Shown here: piece by piece, positions 9,240-18,490 of the stretch
Layout of the letters: every line of letters begins with the position of its first letter
How positions within the stretch are numbered: position 1 is the stretch's first letter
Assembly (NCBI GenBank): GCA_965215195.1
Contig: CBDCDC010000002.1
Location: forward strand, 1,856,001-1,920,000
Source: Candidatus Latescibacterota bacterium
GTDB taxonomy: Bacteria; Latescibacterota; UBA2968; UBA8231
DNA: 64,000 nucleotides
Direction of reading: 5' to 3'
The notes under the pieces: generated by a model
Seen by the model: only the letters and a program-made list of their open reading frames with translations
Database searches by the model: none
What the model was told of the DNA's origin: nothing
Program-made: the position numbers and the translations under genes

Positions 9240-12014
9240 ATGAGCCTTCTGCTCCGGGCGGTAGGTTGCCTCGCGCTCGTGGCCTCGGCCGCCTTTGGCC
9301 AGGGCTTTGGCCGCAACAAGGTGCAATACGCGGAGTTTGCGTGGCGGAAAATGGAGACCGCGCACTTTGACGTGTACTTCTTTGCCGAAGAGGCCGAGTT
9401 GGCCGCGTATGCCGCACAGATGGCCGAGCGCCAGTTCGTCGATTTAGAAAAGAAGTTCGCCCACACCGTGCAGCGGCGAGTGCCGCTAGTCGTCTATTCC
9501 TCGCACATCTACTTTGAACAGACGAATATCATCCCCAATCTCCTGCCCGAGGGGGTAGCGGGTTTCACCGAATACCTCAAGGGGCGGGTCGCGCTGCCGC
9601 TGAGCGGCTCCCTGCCCGAATTCGAGCGGGTGCTGCACCACGAGTTAGTCCACGTCTTCACATTTGACCGAATTGCGCGGGTGCTGGCGCGGCACGGGGT
9701 GTTGGATTTTCGCCCGGCACCCCTGTGGTTTTCCGAAGGGCTGGCCGAGTACTGGTCGAGCGAGCGCACCAGCTTTGGCGACATGGTGGTGCGCGACGCA
9801 CTCTTTGCGCGGCGGCTGGTGCCCATCGCCGAAATGTACCGCATCTACGGCACCTATCAGCTATACAAGGAAGGCGAGTCGATCTGCCACTTTATGGCGG
9901 CGCGGCACGGAGCCGACGTATTCGAACAGCTCTTTGCCAATTGGTGGCGCGGCGAGACCTTTGGCGAAATTTTTGCCATCACGACCGGCGAGAGCTTGGA
10001 CAAGTTCGACCAGGCTTGGCAATACCACCTGCACAAGCGCCACCTGCCGGCGATTGCCGACCGCGATCCCCCGTCCGAATTGGCCACCGCCCGCACGAGC
10101 CGCGGCTTTAACATCAAGCCCGAAGTCGTCCCCGGCGATAGCAGCGCGTTCTACCACTTCCGCAATGATCAAGGCTATACGCAGATCGTCCGTACGCGCC
10201 GCAATGGTAGTGCGTCCGAGGTCGTGGTCGAAGGCGAACGCCTGCCGCTCTTTGAGTCCCTGCACCCGCTGTCGACGCGGCTGGCCGCCTCCCCGGACGG
10301 CAAGTGGCTGGCGTTTGCAGCCAAGAGCCGGGGCCGCGATCATCTGTACATCTGGGACGTGGAGCAAAAGCGCGTGGTGGGGGATTTGTCGTTTGCCGAA
10401 ATCGTCGCGATTGCGTCGCCGTCGTTTGCGCCCGACGGGCAGCGGCTGGCCTTTGCCGGCAGCGACGAAGGGGGCTGGACCGACATTTATGTGGTCGATG
10501 TAACGGGCGATAGCCTCCGCGCCTTGCGCCGCGACATCTATCACGACCGCGACCCAGACTGGTCGCCCGATGGTCGGCACATCGTCTTCAGTTCCGACCG
10601 CTGGCCCGGGGGGCGGCGCGGCTTCTACAACCTGTTCCTGTGCGATTTGGCGACCGAGCAGATCTCGGCCCTCAGCCGCGGCGAGCACAACGACGGGCAG
10701 CCGCGCTGGTCGCCCGATGGCGAGCGCATCGTCTTTAGCTCCGACCGCGCTGGCGCGTACAACATCTATGCCCTGCAGCTAGCGGGCGAGCGCACTGCGA
10801 CCCGGCGATTGACCCGCGTGTTGACGGGCGCGTTTGATCCGGTGCTGCTAGCCGATGGCCAGCATTTGCTCTTTTCCGGGTATGAGAGCGGGGGCTTCCA
10901 GATCTACGAACTCGCCGTGGATTGGGCCGACAGCGCAGAGGTCAGCTATCAGCGCGTGGAGGAAGCAGCGGCCGAGCCGTGGTCCTTGGCGGGCCTGCGC
11001 GGCCAGAGCGAAGTCGCCAGCCGGCCCTATGAGCGCAAGATGAGTCTCGACATAGCCCAAGGCCAGATCTCGCAGGACCCGGAATTTGGCACCTCGGGCG
11101 GCATCCAAGTGGCCCTGAGCGACGTGCTGGGCAACGACCAGTACCACTTCGTGCTTTCGCACATTGCCGCCAGCCAGGCCGGTTTCTTCGACGGCCTGAA
11201 CGTGGCCTTGACGCGCCTCCACCTCGGCCAGCGGCTCAACGTGTATTGGGGCGCGTTTCGGCTCAACGACCGCTTTTCGAGCCGCTTTGGCCGGTTTGTG
11301 CGCGAAGAGCGTTTGGGTGCCCACATTGGGTTGAGCTATCCCTTTTCCCAGCACGACCGCATCGACACCCGGCTCTCGCTGCGCCACGCCGAAATCGACC
11401 GGCAATTCGAGGGGCGGAAGCTGTCGGGCTGGCTGGCCAACAACTACGTCAGCTATACCCACGACAGCAGCCTGTGGATTCCGACTGGGCCGCTGGAAGG
11501 CCGGCGCTACAGCTTTGGGCTGGCGCAGACGATTGACTTTAAGACCTCGCGGCGGTTCAATATCGCGCTCTTTGGCGACTACCGGCACTACTTTCGCCTC
11601 TCCCAGCGCAGCGCGTTGGCCGTGCGTCTGATGGGCCGGCGCTCCAGCGGCCCAGTGCCCGAGTTCTTCTCCTTGGGGGGCAGTTGGACGCTGCGGGGCT
11701 ATCGCTGGCGCTCGCTGTGGGGCAGCAAGATGGTGCTGTACAACCAAGAATTGCGCTTCCCCTTGGTCGATCGGTTCTTGCTCCGCTTTCCGTTTGGGGC
11801 GATGGAGTTTAGCGCCTTCCGGGGTGCGCTCTTTTTCGACGCGGGCAATGCGTGGAACGACGCCTTCGACCAATGGCGTGCGGCGTTTGGCGCGGGGGTG
11901 CGCTTGGCCTTGGGGGGAGTTTTTGTCTTTCGCTTGGATGCGGCGCGGCGCACGGATTTCAAGTCCATAGATAATGACACGCGCTGGGACTTTTTCTTTG
12001 GCTGGGATTATTAG
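9240..12014 (+). CDS. Omp85/BamA-family outer-membrane protein with N-terminal gluzincin (peptidase MA-like) domain and PD40/TolB-like propeller
   Basis: Signal peptide + FGRNKVQY; HHELVH...EGLAEY; repeated 'WSPDG..IVFSSDR'; barrel motifs 'LGGSWTLRGY', 'ELRFP', 'ALFFDAGNAW', 'FGAGVR'. Confidence 0.85.
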   Translation: MSLLLRAVGCLALVASAAFGQGFGRNKVQYAEFAWRKMETAHFDVYFFAEEAELAAYAAQMAERQFVDLEKKFAHTVQRRVPLVVYSSHIYFEQTNIIPNLLPEGVAGFTEYLKGRVALPLSGSLPEFERVLHHELVHVFTFDRIARVLARHGVLDFRPAPLWFSEGLAEYWSSERTSFGDMVVRDALFARRLVPIAEMYRIYGTYQLYKEGESICHFMAARHGADVFEQLFANWWRGETFGEIFAITTGESLDKFDQAWQYHLHKRHLPAIADRDPPSELATARTSRGFNIKPEVVPGDSSAFYHFRNDQGYTQIVRTRRNGSASEVVVEGERLPLFESLHPLSTRLAASPDGKWLAFAAKSRGRDHLYIWDVEQKRVVGDLSFAEIVAIASPSFAPDGQRLAFAGSDEGGWTDIYVVDVTGDSLRALRRDIYHDRDPDWSPDGRHIVFSSDRWPGGRRGFYNLFLCDLATEQISALSRGEHNDGQPRWSPDGERIVFSSDRAGAYNIYALQLAGERTATRRLTRVLTGAFDPVLLADGQHLLFSGYESGGFQIYELAVDWADSAEVSYQRVEEAAAEPWSLAGLRGQSEVASRPYERKMSLDIAQGQISQDPEFGTSGGIQVALSDVLGNDQYHFVLSHIAASQAGFFDGLNVALTRLHLGQRLNVYWGAFRLNDRFSSRFGRFVREERLGAHIGLSYPFSQHDRIDTRLSLRHAEIDRQFEGRKLSGWLANNYVSYTHDSSLWIPTGPLEGRRYSFGLAQTIDFKTSRRFNIALFGDYRHYFRLSQRSALAVRLMGRRSSGPVPEFFSLGGSWTLRGYRWRSLWGSKMVLYNQELRFPLVDRFLLRFPFGAMEFSAFRGALFFDAGNAWNDAFDQWRAAFGAGVRLALGGVFVFRLDAARRTDFKSIDNDTRWDFFFGWDY

Positions 12015-13076
12015 ATGCGCTACGCCTTGCTCGGATTGTGCCTCTTGACGGCCTGTGGCGAAAAGGTGCTCTACCTCGGCGAACTGGGGCGCGGCGCAGT
12101 GGGGATTGAGCCGCCGCTGCAACTTCTATGGACGCACAAAATGGACGGCTCGCCGCTGGGCGGCGCGCTCTTTGCCGGTGACCTGATCCTGCAACTGACC
12201 ACCGCGCCGACCCTCTATGCGTTGGACCGGAGCAACGGTGCCCTGTTGGGCAAGCATGGATACGACAGGATGGCGTGTGCCCCCGGGCAGTTGGCCGGGG
12301 CACTGTACGCGCTGGGGGTGCTGGGCCGCAAGCCTAGCTTGCGGGTCTTGGACCGGCGGACTGCGACCGAGCGTTGGCGGCATGAGGGCGCGTTTTGTCA
12401 GGTGCCGGTCGTGCGCGGCGATACCCTGATCGCGGTGGATGAGGAGGGCGCGGTGCAGGCACTGCGCCTCGCCGACGGGCATTTGCTGTGGCGCACCGAA
12501 TTGGGTGGGCGGGCGCGGACCGGGCTAGCCCTGAGCGGCGACCTCGCGCTGGCCGGTACTGCGGCCGGAGACTTGGTGGCCCTGAGCGCGGCAACCGGCA
12601 AAGAGCGCTGGCGCACGAGCTTGGGGGAAGCCGTGCGCTCGCGGCCCGTGCCTGCGGGCGAGCACGTGGTTGCGGCTACGGCCTCCGGCCGGATACTAGC
12701 TGCGCACCGCGACTCCGGCCGGGTGGTGTGGGAGCAAGCCTTGGGTGCGCTGCCGACTGCGGAGCTCGCGCTGGCGGCCGGCGCGTTGGTGGTCGGTTGC
12801 GCCGATCGCCACTTCTATGGGCTAGACGCGGCCAGCGGAGCAGTGCGGTGGACGTTTGCCACCGGGGGCGTGGTGCGCAGCAGCCCGGCCGCCACGGCCC
12901 ACACCGCGTATGGCGCTTCCAGCGACGGCCATCTCTACGCCTTAGATTTGCAAGGCGGGCATTTGTTGTGGAAGTACCGATTGGACAGCCCGGTCACGGC
13001 ACCGGTGGCGTTGGGCGCGGAGGTCGTCGCCGTCGCCACCGAGAAGCGGATTCTCTATGTGTTTGGCCGCCGCTGA
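12015..13076 (+). CDS. PQQ-like beta-propeller lipoprotein (BamB-like)
   Basis: Lipobox LTAC; repeated 'L.ALD..TG..RW' propeller motifs; abuts the Omp85 gene. Confidence 0.85.
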   Translation: MRYALLGLCLLTACGEKVLYLGELGRGAVGIEPPLQLLWTHKMDGSPLGGALFAGDLILQLTTAPTLYALDRSNGALLGKHGYDRMACAPGQLAGALYALGVLGRKPSLRVLDRRTATERWRHEGAFCQVPVVRGDTLIAVDEEGAVQALRLADGHLLWRTELGGRARTGLALSGDLALAGTAAGDLVALSAATGKERWRTSLGEAVRSRPVPAGEHVVAATASGRILAAHRDSGRVVWEQALGALPTAELALAAGALVVGCADRHFYGLDAASGAVRWTFATGGVVRSSPAATAHTAYGASSDGHLYALDLQGGHLLWKYRLDSPVTAPVALGAEVVAVATEKRILYVFGRR

Positions 13077-13147
13077 GTTGCGGCGGCTTGTTGCGCTATT
13101 TGGGTAACACCCGTTAAAAATTAGAAAAATCAAGTTTCCTACAAGAG

Positions 13148-15037
13148 GTGATCATGCCCGCGCCCTATCCTCGCGTTCCCTACGGCGAGACCAACTTCAA
13201 GACCATTCGCCTCGAGCGGGCGCTTTGGGTGGACAAGACGCGGTTCCTGCACCGGTTGGAGGCCGAGCGCTACGTCGTGCTGATTCGCCCTCGGCGCTTT
13301 GGCAAGACCAGTTGGGTGTCGGTGCTCGACCACTACTATGACCGCGCCAAGGCCGCCAGTTTCGACGCTGTGTTCGCCGGCACCGACATCGGCCGGTGCC
13401 CCACGGCGGACCACAGCCGCTACGTGGTTTTGCGTCTCAACTTCTCGGCGTTCAAGAATGCTTTGGCGACGTTGGAGGAATACTTCGAGGAGTACTGTCA
13501 GCTCCAGCTACGCGCCGCGCTGGAGCGCAACCCGGACCTGTTCCCCGAGGCGGCACTGCGGCGCATCCGGGCACCCAAGTCCATCAACGGCCAACTCAAC
13601 GAGTTGTTCATTCACGCCGCCGATCACGACGTTCCGCTCTACGTGCTGGTGGACGAGTACGACAACTTCGCCAACACGGTGTTGGCGCATCACGGCGAGG
13701 CGGCGTACCAGTCCCTCACGCACGGCGGGGGCTTCTATCGCAGCTTCTTCGCCACGCTCAAGGCCGGGACAGAGGGGAACGGTGGCATTGAGCGGCTATT
13801 CCTCACCGGCGTGTCACCGGTGACCCTCGACGATGTCACCAGCGGCTTCAACATCGGCAGCAACCTCAGCTTGGAGCCGGAGTTCAACGAGATGGTCGGC
13901 TTCACCGAGGACGAGGTGCGGGGGCTGTTGGAGACCTGCCGGGAGCACGGCGTGTTTGACCAAGACGTGGACGCGGCTTTGGGGGTGATGGGGGAGTGGT
14001 ACAACGGCTACCGGTTCGCTCGGGAGGCCACGGGCGACCTCTACAACACGGACATGGTGCTCTATTACATAAAGAAGTCCATTTCGCTGGGGCACATGCC
14101 GGATCAGCTAATCGATCACAACGTCCGCATCGACTACGGCAAGCTGCGCCATTTGCTGGTGGCTGGCCAAGAAACGGCCGCTCGTGAACGAGCCGCCTCG
14201 GCGGCCCTCCCAAGCAGCCAACGCGCCGCGCCGCAAGCGGTGCGCCCAAACGGCAACTTCGACCTGCTGCGCGACGTCATCGGCGAGGGACAGGCACTGG
14301 CCATGATCGAACCAAGCTTCCCCCTAGAGCGGCTGACCGTGCGGGACAACTTCCTTTCCCTGCTGTACTACTTCGGCCTGCTCAGCATCCGCGGCGTTTC
14401 TGAGGGCCTGCCCCGCCTCGGCGTTCCCAACCAAACCGTCTGGCGGCTGATGTACGGCTACCTGAACGACGCCTACCGAGACTTGGGCGTGTTCTCCGTT
14501 GGAAAGTACGAGTTCTCCCGCTTGGCGCACGAAATGGCCTACCGGGGGGCTTGGCGTCCGGCCTTCGAGTTCCTGCGCGACGCCCTTGTCGAGCAAACCG
14601 GCATCCGCGACTACATCGACGGCGAGAAGGTGGTGCAGACCTTTCTCGCCACCTACTTTGGCTTGCCGGACTACTTCCAGCCTCGTTCCGAACCCGAACT
14701 GAACTTGGGCTACGCCGACCTGTACTTGGCCCCGAACTTGGCTCAGCACCCCGGCATGGCCTACGCCTACGTGATCGAACTGAAGTATATCAAGCGCAGC
14801 GAGTCCCTGAGCGAGTCCCTGATGGCCGACACCACGCGGGCGGCCCAGGAGCAACTGCGGCACTATCTGGCGGACCAAGCCCTGCGCCGTCGGCATCCGT
14901 CGGTGCAGCACGTCGGCGTGGCCGTGGTGTTCCACGGTTGGGAGATGGTGGCCTGCGAGGCGGCCGAGGGCGACCTTGGGAATTCCCGCGATAACCCCCT
15001 GCCGCTCGCCGCCAGCAACTCGGCGGCAATACGCTAA
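13148..15037 (+). CDS. AAA-ATPase-like protein with C-terminal PD-(D/E)XK nuclease domain
   Basis: 'PYGETNF', 'VDKT', Walker A-like RPRRFGKT, VDEYDN, 'LTGVSP', 'WYNGY'; C-terminal 'GYADL...VIELKY'. Confidence 0.88.
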   Translation: MIMPAPYPRVPYGETNFKTIRLERALWVDKTRFLHRLEAERYVVLIRPRRFGKTSWVSVLDHYYDRAKAASFDAVFAGTDIGRCPTADHSRYVVLRLNFSAFKNALATLEEYFEEYCQLQLRAALERNPDLFPEAALRRIRAPKSINGQLNELFIHAADHDVPLYVLVDEYDNFANTVLAHHGEAAYQSLTHGGGFYRSFFATLKAGTEGNGGIERLFLTGVSPVTLDDVTSGFNIGSNLSLEPEFNEMVGFTEDEVRGLLETCREHGVFDQDVDAALGVMGEWYNGYRFAREATGDLYNTDMVLYYIKKSISLGHMPDQLIDHNVRIDYGKLRHLLVAGQETAARERAASAALPSSQRAAPQAVRPNGNFDLLRDVIGEGQALAMIEPSFPLERLTVRDNFLSLLYYFGLLSIRGVSEGLPRLGVPNQTVWRLMYGYLNDAYRDLGVFSVGKYEFSRLAHEMAYRGAWRPAFEFLRDALVEQTGIRDYIDGEKVVQTFLATYFGLPDYFQPRSEPELNLGYADLYLAPNLAQHPGMAYAYVIELKYIKRSESLSESLMADTTRAAQEQLRHYLADQALRRRHPSVQHVGVAVVFHGWEMVACEAAEGDLGNSRDNPLPLAASNSAAIR

Positions 15038-15062
15038 AAGTCCGTTTGAAAGGGAGCTTGTC

Positions 15063-15497
15063 GTGAACAAGACAATCGCTGGGGGCTTGCTGCTAGTGTT
15101 GGCCGCGGGCTTACCAACGTGGGCCGAGCCGTTGGAGCTGCCGCGGCGGCTGCCCCAATTGGAAGCGGCCTTAGCGGCACAATGGGCCGAGCTGCCAATG
15201 CTTAGGCCGCAGTCAATGCCAACCGTGTCTGCGGCCCCGAGCAAAGAGAAGCACTCGCGCAAGAAGCTCTACTTGAGCGCGGCCTTGGCCGCGGGGGCCG
15301 GCGCGGTCGCCTACTGGAGCAAGGAGCGGGCCGACGCCGCGTACGACCGCTATTTGCGCTCGGCCAGCACCGTGCGCCAGCAGCGAGAATTGGACGCGGC
15401 CCAGCGCTTTGACCGCATAGCCGGCGCGGCATTTGTCGGCATGGAAGTAGGCATAGTGCTCAGTTCGTACCTGCTCTTTTTTGGTTCCAAGTCGTGA
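15063..15497 (+). CDS. Hypothetical exported/membrane protein
   Basis: GTG start with signal peptide; two hydrophobic helices flanking 'ADAAYDRYL'; overlaps the next gene (GTGA). Confidence 0.6.
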   Translation: MNKTIAGGLLLVLAAGLPTWAEPLELPRRLPQLEAALAAQWAELPMLRPQSMPTVSAAPSKEKHSRKKLYLSAALAAGAGAVAYWSKERADAAYDRYLRSASTVRQQRELDAAQRFDRIAGAAFVGMEVGIVLSSYLLFFGSKS

Positions 15498-16735
15498 GAA
15501 GCTGTCTCTGGATAGGATGCTGCCTCGGCGCACTGGTCTTGGCTTGCAGCGACCGCCCGCGGCGCAATCCCCTCGACCCGCAAGCCGAGGACCTGCCGAG
15601 CGAATCGTTCAGCGCTTTGACGGCCTTGGCGCTCGACGGCCAAGTCGAGTTGCGGTGGCATTTCTCCCATTTTTTTGACGTCGAAGGCTACCGGCTCTAC
15701 CGCCGTCAGCGCGAAGGCGAATGGGCGCCGATCACCTCGGTGCTAGCACCGGATGCGACCGCGTACGCGGACGCCGGGGTGCAAAACGGGAGGCACTACG
15801 AGTACCAGCTCAGCTTGCTCGTCGCCGGGGAAGAGGAACGCCCTAGCGGCAGGCCCGTGCCCGCTACGCCCGGCCCGGAAGTCGCTTGGGTGGCCGACCG
15901 CCACAGCGGGCTGGTGTGGAAAATCAGCGCGGATGCGCGCAGCGCGCATTTTGCACAGGGGCGCTTTTTCGACTTGGCGACGATTGCGCTCGACGTGGCC
16001 GATGGTTCGTGCTGGGTCAGCGATCGGGGATTTGCCGGGCTGTACCGGATTGCGGGAGACGGCGCGTTGGCCGCGCTGGCCGCGGCCGTGGAGATGCCCG
16101 GTGCTCTGGCCATTGACGCCGAAGCGCGGATTGGCTGGCTGGTCGACGCCGGGCGGCAGCGGGTCTTTTTCTTTTCTTTAGACGCGGCCGATGCGCTCCC
16201 CCTCGTCCCGGTCGATGCCACCTTTGTCCAGCCCGTGGCCTTGGCCGCGCAGGCCGGGGGCTGCTGGATCGCCGACCAAGCCCAAGGCCGGGTGCTGTTT
16301 TACCAGACCGACGGCACCCGCGCCGCTGAATTCCATGCACTCGCCACCCCGGAGGCACTGGCGGCGGGCGCAGAGAGAACCGCGTGGCTGTTGGGCGATG
16401 CGGGCCGCAGCTTGACGCGGTTGGACCGCACGGGTGCCGTCCTCAGGGTGGACCTGCCTTTTGCCGCGGCCGTGGGACTGGCCGTGGATGGCGCGAGCGG
16501 CGATTGCTGGGCGCTGGGGGAACGGGACTTGGCGGTGTTTGCGGCCGACGGAACTTTGGAGCAGCACTGGTCCGACGTGCCCGGAGGCAGCGCCCTGTCC
16601 TTTGACGCGGTGCAGCAGCGGGCGTGGATTGCGACCGGCGACGCGCTGTTGAAGTTCGCGGCCGAGGGCCAACCTCTTGCGCGGCTCGACGGCTTTTCGT
16701 CCATCGTCCGCATTGCCGTGGATCCGGGCCGCTGA
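15494..16735 (+). CDS. Lipoprotein with fibronectin type III domain and NHL/YncE-like beta-propeller
   Basis: Lipobox VLAC + RRNPLDP; FN3 'VELRW...GYRLYRR...YADAGVQNGRHYEYQL'; repeated 'CWIAD' propeller blades. Confidence 0.7.
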   Translation: MRSCLWIGCCLGALVLACSDRPRRNPLDPQAEDLPSESFSALTALALDGQVELRWHFSHFFDVEGYRLYRRQREGEWAPITSVLAPDATAYADAGVQNGRHYEYQLSLLVAGEEERPSGRPVPATPGPEVAWVADRHSGLVWKISADARSAHFAQGRFFDLATIALDVADGSCWVSDRGFAGLYRIAGDGALAALAAAVEMPGALAIDAEARIGWLVDAGRQRVFFFSLDAADALPLVPVDATFVQPVALAAQAGGCWIADQAQGRVLFYQTDGTRAAEFHALATPEALAAGAERTAWLLGDAGRSLTRLDRTGAVLRVDLPFAAAVGLAVDGASGDCWALGERDLAVFAADGTLEQHWSDVPGGSALSFDAVQQRAWIATGDALLKFAAEGQPLARLDGFSSIVRIAVDPGR

Positions 16736-16801
16736 GCTTGCATGGGATTTGCTCCTTAGCGACCTTCCTTAGGTGCAACTCCAACCTCACGAGAACCAAT
16801 T

Positions 16802-17770
16802 ATGAACGAGCAAGCCCCCATTCACAGCATGACCGGCTTTGGCCGCGCCGCGGCCGAGCAGCAGGGTTGGCGGCTCGCCGTAGAGCTGCGGTCGGTCAAC
16901 AGCCGCTACCTCGACGTACAGGTGCGCTGCCCGGCCGAGCTCCAGCCCTTTGAGCTGGCCATTCGCGAGCGGATTCAGGCGCGGGTCGGCCGCGGCAAAA
17001 TAAGCGCGCATCTCGCTTGGGCCGAGGATAGCCAGCCAGAGGCCCTGCCCCAGCTAGACGAGGAGGTCGCCAAGCACTATCTGGCCCAACTGCGGCGGTT
17101 GGCTGAATTGGCCCACCTCGAAGCTGCGGAGAGCCGGGCAGGGCTGCCGCGGCGGAAGGCGTTTTTTGCCCGCGTTAAAAGGCTAGAGCAGCTCGACGTG
17201 GGGATCGAGCGAGTGCTGCTGGCGAAGCTGCCCAACCTCTTTCGCGTCCAAGCTACAGAGCTAAATGCCGCGCTCGTGCAAGAGGTACTGTGGGCGGGGC
17301 TGGACGACGCGCTGGCCGAGTTGGTGGCCATGCGCACGGCCGAAGGATGCGCCCTCGCCGCGGACTTGCGCGGCCGCGTCGAGGCGGTGGGAACGCATCT
17401 GGAGCGCGTGGCCGAGCGCACACAGGCGATTCGCGGGCAGGTTGCCGAGCGGCTGCGGGAAAAGGTCGCCGCCCTGCTCACGCCCGGGGCGGTTGCCGAA
17501 GATCGCCTCGCCACGGAAATTGCCCTGATCGCCGAGCGCAGCGACATCGTCGAGGAGATTGTCCGCTTCCGCAGCCACAATGCCCAGTTCCTCGACACCT
17601 TGGCGCGCGGCGGCGAAGTGGGGAAGCGCTTGAACTTTCTCTTGCAAGAAATGAACCGCGAAGCCAATACCATCAGCGCCAAGGCCGCAGACGCCGAGAT
17701 CGCCCATTGGGTGGTCGAGATCAAAGAGGAAATCGAGCGGCTGCGCGAACAGGTGCAAAACTTGGCGTGA
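16802..17770 (+). CDS. yicC: YicC/YloC family endoribonuclease
   Basis: SMTGFGR, 'ELRSVNSRYLD', 'DIVEEIVRF', 'GKRLNFLLQEMNREANTI', 'REQVQNL'. Confidence 0.92.
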   Translation: MNEQAPIHSMTGFGRAAAEQQGWRLAVELRSVNSRYLDVQVRCPAELQPFELAIRERIQARVGRGKISAHLAWAEDSQPEALPQLDEEVAKHYLAQLRRLAELAHLEAAESRAGLPRRKAFFARVKRLEQLDVGIERVLLAKLPNLFRVQATELNAALVQEVLWAGLDDALAELVAMRTAEGCALAADLRGRVEAVGTHLERVAERTQAIRGQVAERLREKVAALLTPGAVAEDRLATEIALIAERSDIVEEIVRFRSHNAQFLDTLARGGEVGKRLNFLLQEMNREANTISAKAADAEIAHWVVEIKEEIERLREQVQNLA

Positions 17771-18321
17771 GAGCCTCCGCGACACCGGTGCAAATCATCA
17801 CCATCAGCGGCCTGCCCGGCAGCGGCACCAGCACCGTCTGCGGCTTGCTCTGTGCGCGGCTGGGCTGGGCTTATGTCAACGCCGGGGCCGTCTTTCGGAA
17901 GCTAGCCCAAGAGGCGGGCTTGAGCTTGGCCGAGTTTGGCCAGCGGGCCGAAGCCAATGGCTGTATCGACCGCCAGCTCGACGTGCGCATGGTGGCGCAA
18001 GCGCGGGGGCGTGCGCCGGTCGTGGTCGAAGGGAGGCTCACCGGCTGGATGGCGCACCGCCACCGGCTTCCGGCCGACAAGGTTTGGCTGGCGGCTGCGC
18101 CCGACGTGCGGGCCGGGCGGGTGGCACAACGGGAGGGGGAGACGACGGCAGAGGTGCTGGTGGGAATGCGCCGGCGCGAGGCGTCCGAGGTCCTGCGCTT
18201 CCGGGCACATCACGGCATCAACCTTGGCGATCTGTCGATTTACGATGCGGTTATTGCGACGGACGACATGGGGGCTGAGGCGGTCGTCAAGCGGATAGTG
18301 GCTTGGCGGCGGCCTGATTGA
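17767..18321 (+). CDS. cmk: Cytidylate kinase, archaeal-type (AAA_17 / Cmk type 2)
   Basis: GTG overlaps the yicC stop; 'ITISGLPGSGTSTV', 'AGAVFRKLA', 'IDRQLD', 'VVEGRLTGW', 'DLSIYDAVI'. Confidence 0.8.
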   Translation: MRASATPVQIITISGLPGSGTSTVCGLLCARLGWAYVNAGAVFRKLAQEAGLSLAEFGQRAEANGCIDRQLDVRMVAQARGRAPVVVEGRLTGWMAHRHRLPADKVWLAAAPDVRAGRVAQREGETTAEVLVGMRRREASEVLRFRAHHGINLGDLSIYDAVIATDDMGAEAVVKRIVAWRRPD

Positions 18322-18358
18322 CATTTGGCTTTACCCTTTTACTCCTCTAACTAAAGAA

Positions 18359-18448
18359 CTGACGTTACGCAGTCGCTCTCTATCAAGACTGTTGACCCAA
18401 GATATTGGGGTGAAATTGAGAATTTTCTGGAAAACTGCGTAACGTCAG
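18359..18448. mobile_element. MITE-like non-autonomous element (90 bp)
   Basis: Perfect 15-bp terminal inverted repeats CTGACGTTACGCAGT (18359-18373) and ACTGCGTAACGTCAG (18434-18448). Flanked by TAAAGAA / CAAAGAA, a 7-bp direct repeat with one mismatch. AT-rich interior, no ORF. Confidence 0.7.
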
Positions 18449-18490
18449 CAAAGAATTCACCGGGGCCGGCGCGGCCGGCCGCGCACTGCC

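Noticed and set aside
17290-17766. Long N-terminal extension of the kinase ORF (also the extended starts given for dnaB, the 24988 MTase and hicB)
   Set aside because: The extensions overlap upstream genes and are Arg/Gly-rich off-frame translations; downstream starts fit the families
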